From positions 1 to 41,915 of the forward strand of contig JBHJMP010000855.1 in assembly GCA_043381765.1 (NCBI GenBank): a DNA stretch of 41,915 bases, written 5' to 3'. Made by a program: the position numbers and the translations under genes. This document shows, one piece after another, positions 12,501 through 24,768 of the stretch (position 1 is its first letter; each line of letters begins with the position of its first letter). Origin of the DNA: Collodictyon triciliatum (Eukaryota). Under the pieces are notes generated by a model that made no database searches, was not told the origin of the DNA, and worked only from the letters and a program-made list of their open reading frames with translations.

Positions 12501-15500
12501 CTTTAGAAAAATCTGCTGATATGCTGATAGCTTTTTCAATGTCAGAGAACCAGGTGGTCAATTGACTGGGTGGTTCACATCTAATTATATAATACGCATT
12601 CACTTTGGGTTGTAAAAAAAAAAAAAAAAGCGAGATAGTACATTCTCTTTTCTCGAATTATCGTGCTAATATGTCAGATTTATCCAAGTTCGAATCAGAG
12701 TATGTGCGTATTTCAAATCAAATACATGTATAATGTTTACGTGAATGAAAATGTCTTGTCGGAATATACTATTTCAACAAGATTGTGCTCTCCTGTATTT
12801 TTTTCAAATAAAAATCATGGATTGTAAAAATATGAATATCCTATCCCCAAGTAGAGAAGAAAACAGATGATTTGACCGAATATGTGTTTTGGAAACATAC
12901 CAGTTGTTTCTTTCACTTCTACAATCTTGCATTGTGCAAGAAACAGTAACCGATTCAGGAAGTAGAGCTTTTCACCAGCTTCAGCTGGGATTGGACTTGC
13001 ATATCTGTTATAAATAGTGATAGTCAAAATCCAGCAATTGTCCATATCAACAACATATATTCTTGAGTAAATTTTACAAAATTGGACGATAAAAAATTAC
13101 ATGATGCAGTCGTCAAACAAGAACACATGCATATCCTCGAATGAGCCATTCTTGAAAGACTTAACTGGTCCTTCGCGAATAAATCGCCTCATCGGATCAA
13201 AAACTTTAACCTATATTCAATCAAAAAAATATTTGTACCTTGTATTACAGGTAATTGTATACATTAAAAGGCACAAACCCTTCTTCGACCAATGAATTGT
13301 TTCTGAATTCGGCTCATCTTTTCAAGATTCTCTTGGAGCCTGGTGTACTCAATTTTGCCGGGTTTGGTGGTTGGAAAATATGTCTTCATAAACTAAGGTT
13401 GAGATTTTACACTCAGAACTCTATAGTGACCTTTTCATATAAGGAGGAAAGCCATACAACTTAAAATAAGTCGATTAAAGACCATAGATGGGTACAAAAT
13501 AAGTAAAGAATCATGGTAAGCAATATTTGGATGATAAAAATGACGTCAAAAAACAAAAGAAAAAAAAAGAAAAGGTGAATAATTATTTGGAAACTCCGTG
13601 ATTCTACCTTTTCATCAACGACATCGTCATTTAGAACAAGTTTGATAACCTGAATAAATCGAACTTAATTTAATATTCACCAATTAAAATACGGGAGGTT
13701 TGATTCTTACTTCTGACGGGAGGGTTGAAACCCCTCTGTCAGCAGAATCGCCACGACGGGTTGCTTTTCCATCTGGTGGCAGAAAGAATCCGATATACGA
13801 ATTGAGGAAGACCGATTTCTAATCCCGAAAAAAAAAAAGCAGAAGGACTATTAAGTTCTCAGCATTCAAAGAGTCAAATTATGGATCTAAGAGCGTAGTC
13901 GTAATATTTGAAAGTGAGCGCCTGATGCACAGGAAGAAGACAAAACCTCCATATCCATTTGAAAATGCAAGCAAATTCGGACAGAAAATTTGAATCCGTC
14001 CATAACGTGTGCAATATAGGTTGATATACGGGGGTCCTTAAATATGTCAGAGTAAATAATTAATTGATGACAGAATAGAGAATTGAGTAGTGTTCATCAC
14101 GACTCGGGGGGTTTTTTGGACAAAATCGGTTTGAAGGAAGAGGATAACACGGACCAAGCAGAAATATCGATAACAATATGTATGCATACCTCAATTGTCA
14201 ATGGTTTCATGAACCTATGATTCAAGCACCCGAGGAAAACTGACCAAGATTGCTAGGGGTAGATAACAAATCATAGTTAAAAAAATATACAGAAACACCT
14301 AAGATATGCGATTGAATATTTTCTTTGTAAATATTAACACATTTCTATATGGAGTAAAAATTTAAATGTAAAATTATAATACTATACCGAAAATATGATT
14401 TTTGTAAAGTCGGCATAAAGTGCTTTGTGAAAAACGTTTGATTCCGGTTCATCGGAGCAATTTAATGATTCCTATTAAGGAATTGTTATGCTTTTAAACT
14501 CTTTTGATTTTTTTGAGAAATTCATTTGACTTATTTGCTTTTAGTTTCATAACCAAGATACGAGTCAATCTATTAAGCCTAGGGTTTTCATGCACTCAAA
14601 CAAACCATAATTTTTTGGCAAGCTCGCTCTGATTCCCAATTAAAATAAACCAACTTTCGTTTCACCGGATTCAATCCTGTATTGAAATAGAAAAGAATAG
14701 TCTATGAAAAAAATCTAGTACATAAGATAGTGTGATTTCCTCTTGGAAATATAGGTATGTCTGATATTAAAAAAAAGTAACTATTTACCTGTCAATCCTT
14801 TTGGTTCCTCCATTTCCTTCATTTTGATTTCATTATTCACGATAGAACGGTACAGTTGTTCCAAGTATGAAGCAGGCACGTCTCGCCCATTATCAATACC
14901 TCGGTTATTCCTGATAAACTGGTACAAGTATTCATCACGTTAAAATCGCCAATAAAGAAATCACTATTGGGCAGAGAAGGAGAAATTTAACTGCCGTGTT
15001 AACTATTATAGAATATAGACTAGGCTTATTTTTACAAACTTCTTCTAGCATCATTTTCTTCTTCACCATCGGGTTGTGTGCATCCGTATTCAACATGATA
15101 ACAGAATAAGAAAGAACATAAGCAGTATCTGTAAAATACAGGATTAGTCTACGAAGAGAAATATTACGTTACATACTATATTGTACGGTGCATAGATAAT
15201 TTTCGTAGGCGTATGGTACCTTTGTTTGAAAATAGTGTCGGGTTATCCCCACAGAATTTTTCAGAGAAAAACTCTAAGAAACGACTGATTTTTTGTGCCT
15301 CTCCTGGCAACCGAAACGCAGTGAGATAAAATCTATTGGTGAGTAAAGAATTGTGACAAGAGTCTAATCTCAAGATTTAACGAGGAGTTTTCTTCTTTTT
15401 TTTTTTTAAAAAAAAAAAAAACTTATTCCACGATATTATTGCATAATTTGCATGTGTGAATTTAATTTTTGGTTGTGTTCAGATGACCTACCTGAGTGCG

Positions 15501-18500
15501 TTGTCGAATGTCATATTGGCAAAATCAAATAGTTCCACAAAGAGCTTTAAAAGTTGGACATTTGCTTCATCTCTAAAATTAAAGTGAATGATTATCCAAG
15601 TATTATGGAAGCAATTAGTCGAGAGCATATCAAAATCTTGTTCTAACTGGATAGAAAATTCAGCAAAAAGAAACCCAGACCCTTCACCAAGGTATTCGCC
15701 GAGTGCAACTTTGTCAAGCACGGTTGTATATCGAAGGAAATGAGCTACAGCTTCCGCCGTGTCCTCCACGAATCCATTTTTAATAAATTCATTAACGCCC
15801 TAGCATCCATTGGCATATTTGAGCTTTATTTTTTGGACATATTTAATTATAAAAAATTCAAAATACAAATACAAATGCGGAAGAGTGAAATAAAGGAACT
15901 AATTTACGGATGGAGAGACAAACTTTCTTGGGCTTCTTTTTGAATTCTTCCATGCATTGCGCGAAGGTGTCCTTCTTTTTCTTCTCTGCTTCGAATTCCT
16001 ATCAAAGGGGAGATTGAATTTTGATTATCCAACGCTAGATCGCCATCAACATACAGACAATACTATTTTTTCTAAATGTACTTGGGTTCAGAAGAGTATA
16101 ACATAAGAGTACCGATGGAAGCTCTGCCAATGACTGAGGATTTTCTGTGGCACCTGGGGATTGAGCAGGAGTTTGCTGCCCTTTTTTTATCCACTTCGAC
16201 AAGCTCCCAGCAACTATTATTCAAACTAATATTAGGTACATGGAAATGTGGTGGCCAGTGCAAATAGCGAAAATGCAAAGCAGCTTTTTTTTTTTTTTGG
16301 ATATTTCGCATATGAACATACTATCGTATCCAAAGAAAAAAAATGATTACCGGTTACCATGAGCTCGATGCTAAGAGTAATAACTTCGCTGTGCAAATCT
16401 GGATCCTCTACTTTGGCGCCGGTGCCCCGAATGATTTTTTCCATGCATGTCAACAAACTGTTTATTATATAGAATATTATTATGACAAGTTAAGGATAAA
16501 ATTCCTTTCAAGGCAAATTTGACGCAAAATTCGCGAAGTCTATGTTTGGAGGTGCTTGGATGTGAGCTAAGGTGAAATAATGATTTTTTTTTAAAAGAAC
16601 AAACTTTGTTAAAAGATTATCTACTCCAAGATTACAATCGTAGTTCATGTATAATTCGACGGGGAACTCGGGAATCTGCGATACACAACATAAAAGCCCC
16701 ACAAAAGAATACATTAGGAGACAGCCACATGTGTAATAATCATGATATATATGTTACTATATTTGAATTCAAGGTATGACCACCAGTAGTATTTCAGTTA
16801 TACAACGATTGATTACCGAGCAAATCTTCTTGAGTGATTCCAAGACGTAGATGCGGTGCTTGTCAGGAGAATTTTGGCTATCCAAAACTCTCAAGAAAAG
16901 ATGAGATATGAATGCACCCACTTCACACTGCAGTTGTTTGTTTGTTTTTTTAATCCAGAGTGACATCGTCACAGGTAAATAGAATCATTAATCCATGAAT
17001 ATGAAATAACGGCGATAAAAGCAAATTTATGTACAAAAAACAAAGATAACTATTTTTCTTAGAGAGACAGAATATACATAACAGAATCTTTTCACGGCTA
17101 GAAAAAGGAAATCGACAAGACAACAAAGATGTACCTTCAAATGGTATCTCATCTTAAGAATCAGATTTGTGGTAATTTGGCATGTAATTTTGAAACAAGT
17201 GTCGTTAGCAGTGACACCAGAGTATGCTAATGCTTGCGCCAGATGATTCTACATATGTATGAAAAATAAATACTGGAATGAACGATATTGCTTCATTTCT
17301 GTAAGCTATGCAAGCGTTGAAATCTTAGTGATGAATTGGGAAAAAAAAAAAGTATATTAAAGATATGAGGTGACCGCTTATGATTATTGATGACTGCAAA
17401 CCTTAGTTAAATGAATAAAGAAGGGCAGGTTGTAAAATATCTCATCCTTTTGGCCAATAAATTGTTGGATGGTCTCCAGGCAAAAAGTTTTGGACCGTTC
17501 TAAGTATGCGAGAGCATCCACAGAACTGCAGTGATTGTGAATATGAGCATGAATATGTTTATAGACACAGCAGTAAGCCCTCATGAAAACGTAAGACTTG
17601 ATTATCCTCATGTTTATATAGAAATTTGAAATACAAGAGGAAGAGGGTACCTTTCAGAGCTTGATTTTCGCATAACGCGAGCAAACGATAAAATCATATT
17701 GTAGGCATCCCTATTTTTTTGATCGATTGTCAGTTTCCACATCTACATATCTTTGTGCAGTATCGTAGTCCTTAAATTCCTTACTAAGGTTTTAACAAAA
17801 AAAAAAAAAAAAGTCATAGAAGGCAATACCAACCTTATCGGGGATGCCCAAGACTTGACCTCGGGGTCTTCAGAAAGCATGAAATCGTCCTTGTTTTGGA
17901 ATTGATACTCTGGAAGTTTAGTTGTCATGGTGGAGGTTGTTTCATCCTTTTATCAAGATTTAGTGAAAGCCTTAGTTTATCTGCGTATTGAGATTGAACA
18001 ATCCAATTTTGATATCAACACCCTAAATGCAATACATGTTGATGAATTTATGCAACTTATCGGAAGTCATAGTACCGATAAATTTGAGACCGCATCGTCC
18101 GGAGGCCGAAAGAGCGAGTCAATCATTTGATTCAGAAGTTCTCTGCAGTACTTTTCCATCTCAGGATTTTCTCTTGGGACGGAGCCCCCTTGCGGTTGAT
18201 CGACATCTTCTATTTGGTCTCTTGGTTCATCAGCAGCTCCGCTTTCTAGGGGTTGGTGATTAATGTAAGAAACCAACAAACAAGGTGTATGTGGGAGAGT
18301 AACTGGTCGAACTATTTGCGTAGCATATGCTGGTGTAATATCTGAGTGCAATTATTGAAAAGCTAGACCATCTGGAACAGAAGATGGGCTTTGAGGTGGA
18401 GATATGAGTGGCTTTGGAGACGAGGCATTTTCGATGTTCAGTTGACGGTCTAATCTATATTGAATCAAGTAGACGATGCGTTCCAAATTTTCTTTTGCTG

Positions 18501-20099
18501 TCGTTTGCACGTTGGGGTACTTTGTGACTATGTGAGCTAAAGTGAAGCACGTTTGGAGAATTTTCATGAGTGCATAGTCATGAATGTCATTTTCGCTCGA
18601 AGCAACAAGGCTGTGCAGAAACTAGAATAATTTAAGGAATGATATGATCGTTAGGAAGAAGGAATTGTTGTCATGAATCATAGTGCGATGGTATGAACCT
18701 TTATAAGAGATATCTGAGACGATTCAGAGCTAATCTTTCTGGAGTTGCATAGATATTCTACAAATATGTCCAGATTAACGATGGGTGGAAGAGACCCGGA
18801 TGATTGTGGTGTTACAAAACTTCCCAGACGATTGCCTCCTGGATATTACGCAAGAAAATGTGGCTTAGTCAACCACAAATAGCGTGTGTGGGCTTATTCA
18901 TCAACAAAAAGGTGACATGAAGGGGAAGGAATATAATCGCGGGTTGATCAGTTACATCTGGTGACGATGTGAAACGCACATACGCGTGTGCTTTGGCGGA
19001 AGTGGTCACTTAAGTACGATTAGAAAAGGGAGAAAAAGGTGCTACCTTGAGGAGCCATTGCAGCAACTGGCGAGAATTCAAGTTCATGTGATACATGAAG
19101 CACTCCTAAGTCGACAAGTTTCTGGGGATAATCGATAGGAGGTATACGGACAAGAGAAGTATGAGGAAAAGTGAATAAAAATAATAAGAAAAAGAGGAAG
19201 GTACAGTTGTTGAAGCAGTACTGATATTTAATTTGGCTTCGTTTGTGTCCATATTGTATTCTCACCTGCAAGCAGCGGAGTATTTTATCTATCATCCTGG
19301 TGCGGCCCATCTCCATGGATAGAATCAGGGAGTTAAATATGTGTTCGTGTTTTCTAGTCGAGTAGTAGCAATAAGATTGTTAGGTTGAGTAAGATAGCAG
19401 CAGATAATCGGTTTACAATCAAGGGGAAAAAATACTTTCATACATGGAAAATATATGGGTTCAATTTGAATATCCACTCACAATTTCGCAGGGTCAGGCT
19501 CCATTCTTACCATGTCTGCAAATGCACAAAAGAATGGAAATCGAGGAGTTCAGATATTATATTCACAGGAAAAGATTTTTTCCCATGAGATGAAATATGA
19601 AAAATCAACGGCCTTTGCCTAAGTTCCTTTGTAAATGGGGTATCATAGGTACCGTAGTATCGTTTCAAGTGTGACACTATCAATTGGCTTTTTGATCCAG
19701 CCGTGATGCTTGTCATTGTTTCTTCCAGCGATCGAAGAGCCTCACTTCGTGCAGCATGATTGGTAGAACTTGTTGACGATGGGCTGCGCGACCAGCTTTG
19801 CCGGTAACTGTTGTAGGCATTGTATTGCGTCGAGGGGAAACGTAAAGTATATTAATTTTCTTTTTTCTTCTTTTTCTTCTGTTCTTTTTTTCTTTTTTTC
19901 TTTTTTTCTTTTTTTCTTTTTTTCTTTTTTTCTTTTTTTCTTTTTTTCTTTTTTCTTTTTTCTTTTTTCTTTTTTCTTTTTTCTTTTTTCTTTTTTCTTT
20001 TTTCTTTTTTCTTTTTTCTTTTTTCAGTTTGTCACAAGATTCAGAAACATATTATGGAATTCTCAGACAGAAGCCAGAAAAGCACCTTGTGTGTGACAT
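9540..20099 (-). CDS. Large Sec7-domain Arf-GEF of BIG/Sec7 type (DCB-HUS-Sec7-HDS1) with a C-terminal array of five PH/PH-like domains, >30 exons
   Basis: [18 protein letters not shown] and [18 protein letters not shown]...[14 protein letters not shown] (18470-19350). [35 protein letters not shown] (16610-17740). Sec7: [70 protein letters not shown] (14790-15990). HDS1: QSWSVFLG and [14 protein letters not shown] (13947-14252). PH exons follow, down to [25 protein letters not shown] at 9540. The start codon (20099, MSHT) is tentative. Confidence 0.88.
9765..9838. repeat. Imperfect (GTGATT/GTGGTT)n hexamer repeat inside an Arf-GEF intron
   Basis: Direct reading; reads (AATCAC/AACCAC)n on the sense strand up to the acceptor. 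Confidence 0.9.
10004..10095. repeat. (GATTTT)n microsatellite inside an Arf-GEF intron
   Basis: Direct reading; sense strand (AAAATC)n runs straight into the acceptor AG at 10002-10003. Confidence 0.95.
11451..11545. repeat. (GAAAA)n microsatellite, intronic
   Basis: Direct reading. Confidence 0.95.
19856..20025. repeat. (T5-7C)n pyrimidine microsatellite in the putative first coding intron of the Arf-GEF
   Basis: Direct reading. Confidence 0.9.
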
Positions 20100-21147
20100 C
20101 AGACCGGACCAGGAGCCTGAAAAGGACTCTGCGAGGGTCAAAAGTTAGCAGCATATCATGTTTCATCTATTTGCAAACGCTTGAGTAAATGCGCATTTAA
20201 ACTCTCACCAGACGCACGAGAAGTTGGAAACCTTACGAGAATATAAAAGATGATAAAAAAAAAAAAAGAAAAGAAAATACAGAGAGCGTTGGTGGCAAAA
20301 GGCCGAACCGAGACACAAGCGAAGGCAAGAAACAGATGTTAAGACATGCGCCTTTGTGCCTTATCACCAAGAGCTGCGTTCACGCCTGCTCCCTTTCGAA
20401 TCAGTCCTTGTTGTGGTTGTGATCGCCGTGATGGCGGCACTGATCAATCGCAGCGTCTTTAGTTTTTGATAAGGAGGTGGTTTTTTGATCAGATTCCAAC
20501 CAAACCATTCACAAGGGACAGATCTGGAAAGACAGATATTTTCTGTAATTTATCATTATTTTGGTAAAGAAGATTTGTTGTGCTTTTCTGGAAGAGGGCA
20601 TCAGCCTTTGATTCTGTGGTAGGGTATTGTGGGGTGACGAATCGCAGATGTCCTCCCACAAGAGATCGCACGGCTGATTTGCTTGGTGGGAAGCAGATCC
20701 AACACATTATGACAGAATCGCCTCTATTCATCCGGTTGTTTTCTTGTAAGGCACAGATAGAATTGCTCTGGTGCGAAATCCGTCATTTTACATTTTCTCG
20801 CTGAAACAAATTGTGTGACCTTCGGCATATATCTTTCATTTCCGAACGATTCTCATCATCCGTTTGGTCGCTTAGTTGATGCTCTTGCGGCTTTTGCAGC
20901 TGATTCTTTGAGCCGAATAGAAGAGAACAACCCCCTTGCAGTCCTTCCGCCCTCGGGAAAAGCAAACTAAAATAGTTAGTCATGCTACTTATAGCAAATA
21001 GTCGTTGGGCATTTTAAAAAATTGAATATTTGAATCTCTGCAGAGGAAGGAGAGGATGCAAAAAACCACCGAGTAGATCGACCGAAAGCCGCAAGAAAGA
21101 AAGGAAAAGAAAGTCGCCGCTGAAGAGGAAAGACCGAGCCGCTCGCC

Positions 21148-24051
21148 ATGGAGAACATCGCCCGCTGGAAAAAGCAGACCTACTACGAGGTTTTGTTTAT
21201 ACGAGACGTCTAATGCGTCATAAGCTATTTCTCTTTCTCCCTCCCTCTATTTTTATGCTATAGCTCGATCTATGGTTGTCGTGCATTCAAATAAAAAAAA
21301 ACCTGCTGCTGGGCTTTTTCTTGCAGATTTGTATTGATTGGTTTGAATCAGTCATGTTATGCGAAAGGTTAAGAAAAATATATGATGGCTGTGCATGTGT
21401 CGTGCTTGGTTAGATGATTTGAGCTGGCTGTTTCCTCTTTCGATATTTACAGATACTCGGGGTTGATGCGTCATGCGACACAAATACCATAAAAAAAGCC
21501 TACCACAGAATGGCACTCCAGTACCACCCAGATCGAGCCGGAAACACGAAGGTTTGCATCGAGTTCTTTGGCATATTATTTATTGGTTAAGTATAGAATA
21601 TGTCCACATAGCGCGAGTTGGTTGGGTCATGGTGCTCATGTGCTAGATTATGTTATCCTAAACTGTGGGTTCATGCAAAATTATATATGTATCTCTGGGC
21701 ATGTGAGCGTGTATTTATTCTTATCATTCGTTACTGCAAATAATATCAGATTATTGCAATACTCATTGTATCAATTAAAATGGAAATAATTAGGAGGCAA
21801 ACGAAGCATTTCAATATCTGGTTCGCGTTTATGAGACTTTGATTCATTCTGATAAGAGAAAGTATGCACTCACACATTGATACAAACTTTATTACTTTAA
21901 AGAAGCATAAATATACTCTTATGTGAATTGCATCTGCAAGAAAAGGAGAATGCCACTGATTCGCACATTCGTATTAATTCCAATGCAGTCACATCCCCAA
22001 AGAAACATTTATCTTCTAAAAGTATATTTTACGTAAAAAAAAAAAAATATCGATATGTCTGACAAAAGGCACTACGATGAGACAGGAGAGGATGGTCTGG
22101 AGGAAGCTGCTGACTTTGAAACACTATATGAATTTTATCGGTCCCTCTACAAAAAAATCACGATTGAAGATATCGATGCCTTCAAAGTTTGTTATCATCG
22201 ATATTAAATTCAGAGAATGTATTCACCTTAAAGAAATGAATTCCAACATATTAGTCTTCTACTTACAGAGTCATTTTTTAATCAACACGTTAAAATATAC
22301 AGAGCAAGTATATCGACTCTGGTATGGAGGACGAAGACATTTCTGAGGCGTATGTAAAATACAAAGGAAATATGAAAAAGTATGTAGTTTATAAACACTC
22401 TACGTAACCAAAAGAAAATAATACTTCCTCTTGCATGGGTACAAACAAAATGGGATATGTAGTTAACTTTACTAAGGAATTGGTACATGTAGAATCCTGG
22501 AGAGTGTTCCCTATGCAAATGACGAAGATTTCACCAGAATTCAGTCAAAAATAACCGATATGATTCAAGAGGGAAAGGTGAAGAAATTTGCAAAGTTTAA
22601 GGTTAGCGACCATTCGAAAAGACATTCAACCGTGACACTCATGCGAAACATTTATGGAATGCTGAAATGCCCCTCTCTTTTTCTTTTTCTTTTCCAAAAA
22701 ATCAAAACTAAATGGAGATATCTTATTTTAATTCATCTTATATATTATGTGTTGTTTTTTTAAAATTATAATTTATTCTGAAGACACTAATGTGTGTGTT
22801 TTTAAAAAAAAGCTTTACGAAGGGCCACCGATCACAAAGTCAAGTATTGCCACTAAAGGTATATATCGATCAGTATTGCTGTCATTATCATTCTATCCTT
22901 TTAAAGTTTTATCATCTAATTATTNNNNNNNNNNNNNNNNNNNNNNNNNNNNNNNNNNNNNNNNNNNNNNNNNNNNNNNNNNNNNNNNNNNNNNNNNNNN
23001 NNNNNNNNNNNNNNNNNNNNNNNNNNNNNNNNNNNNNNNNNNNNNNNNNNNNNNNNNNNNNNNNNNNNNNNNNNNNNNNNNNNNNNNNNNNNNNNNNNNN
23101 NNNNNNNNNNNNNNNNNNNNNNNNNNNNNNNNNNNNNNNNNNNNNNNNNNNNNNNNNNNNNNNNNNNNNNNNNNNNNNNNNNNNNNNNNNNNNNNNNNNN
23201 NNNNNNNNNNNNNNNNNNNNNNNNNNNNNNNNNNNNNNNNNNNNNNNNNNNNNNNNNNNNNNNNNNNNNNNNNNNNNNNNNNNNNNNNNNNNNNNNNNNN
23301 NNNNNNNNNNNNNNNNNNNNNNNNNNNNNNNNNNNNNNNNNNNNNNNNNNNNNNNNNNNNNNNNNNNNNNNNNNNNNNNNNNNNNNNNNNNNNNNNNNNN
23401 NNNNNNNNNNNNNNNNNNNNNNNNNNNNNNNNNNNNNNNNNNNNNNNNNNNNNNNNNNNNNNNNNNNNNNNNNNNNNNATTATCATTAGTGTCTAAAGTC
23501 ACTTCTTTCTATTATTTTTTCATGAAACAGAGAAGTGTTTAATGCCCTGGTTGCGAAATTGCTCCATCAAGACATTTTAATACGCAAAATAACAATACGA
23601 CCTCATTATAAAGCAGAAAGCGGCGAAGCTCCAGAAGATAAATCCAAAGCTGTAACCAAGTTTTCGAAGCAAATGGATTCTCTTGCGGACAAGCTAGCCG
23701 AAAAGTACGGTGCTAAACAAAAAGGAAAGAAAAAGGATACTGCCCCTGTAGAAGACATTCCTGGTAAATGCTTGCGCATCCATAAATCAAGCAAGATAAG
23801 AGAGTCTAATAAGTCGTACGACAAAGCGAAGAAATTTAGAATTTGTATTTTGAAGCATCCATCTACCTTTTAGATTTTTGCTGATATGATATGTATATAT
23901 ATGTTTTTAAAATATATGAACAGAAAAATGTTGCGGCCGATGAACCCTTCTAATAAAGGTTTTTTTTTCAACAGATGACGAGTTTGAAGCGATTCAAAAA
24001 AGGCTCGAAGAAAGTAGAGAAAGCAGCAAATCGAAAAAACAACGTCGCTGA
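21148..24051 (+). CDS. DNAJC9: DnaJ/Hsp40 co-chaperone, DNAJC9-like (multi-exon, interrupted by an N-gap)
   Basis: Spliced: MENIARWKKQTYYE|ILGVDASCDTNTIKKAYHRMALQYHPDR (HPD at 21525-21533)...EAFQYLVRVYETL...YDETG...FYRSLYKKITIEDIDAFK|SKYIDSGMEDEDISEAYVKYKGNMKKILESV...QMDSLADKLAEKYG...DIPDDEFEAIQKRL. The post-J-domain motifs are typical of DNAJC9. Confidence 0.88.
22925..23478. other. Assembly gap (N run) inside the DNAJC9 gene
   Basis: N characters. Confidence 1.
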
Positions 24052-24155
24052 TGTGAATCAGGGCTTTTTTGATTCAGGCTATGAGGAAGAATTATGTTCC
24101 CAACGAATGAAACGAAGAAAGACTTTCTTTTGAAATTTTACCAAAAGGAATCCTT

Positions 24156-24768
24156 AGAATGAAGATTCCGGTGTTATCCCGCCCAAGGAAACATCTGGCC
24201 TATAATTGAAATAATACATAAACAAAAGAAAAAAGACATACTGATATAGTAAGGCTTTTTGAACAACGCGGGCTCTGCATTGATTTCGTTATATATTTAT
24301 GTTCTTTTTTCTGTTTCTCTGTTTCTCTTTTCTTTTCTTTTCTTTTCTTTTCTTTTCTTTTTTTCTTTTTTCTTTTTTCTTTTTTCTTTTTTCTTTTTTC
24401 TTTTTTCTTTTTTCTTTTTTCTTTTTTCTTTTTTCTTTTTTCTTTTTTTCTTTTTTTCTTTTTTCCTTCTTTTCCTTTTCTTTTTTCTTTTTCTTTTTCT
24501 TTTTCTTTTTCTTTTTCTATTTCTTTTTCTATTTCTTTTTCTATTTCATTTTCTATTTTTCTTTCTTCTTTACCCACAGAGGCATTTCTTGGACATCTAC
24601 CAACATTTACCTCCAATACGCTACTGGATTGAAGTCGCAACTATAATTCTTTAAATCGAATAAAGAAAAAAATAGCAACTTTAAGTGTGTTACTTGTAAT
24701 TACCACCATAGATATGAACCGAGAGAATGCTACCTGGTTGACTGGCTGTTGCTTGCTTTCTGCCCCAT
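24156..24768 (-). CDS. Candidate small spliced gene (hypothetical ~47-65 aa, MGQKAS... N-terminus)
   Basis: Phase-compatible GT-AG exons 24734-24768, 24611-24640, 24242-24274, plus an uncertain last exon (acceptor at 24200 or ~24153). No recognisable homology. Confidence 0.25.
24324..24570. repeat. (TTTTC)n/(TTTTTC)n microsatellite
   Basis: Direct reading. Confidence 0.92.

Noticed and set aside
22747-23542. Long ORFs containing X runs (also 29136-29768 and 34249-34900)
   Set aside because: Artefacts of N-gaps and flanking repeats
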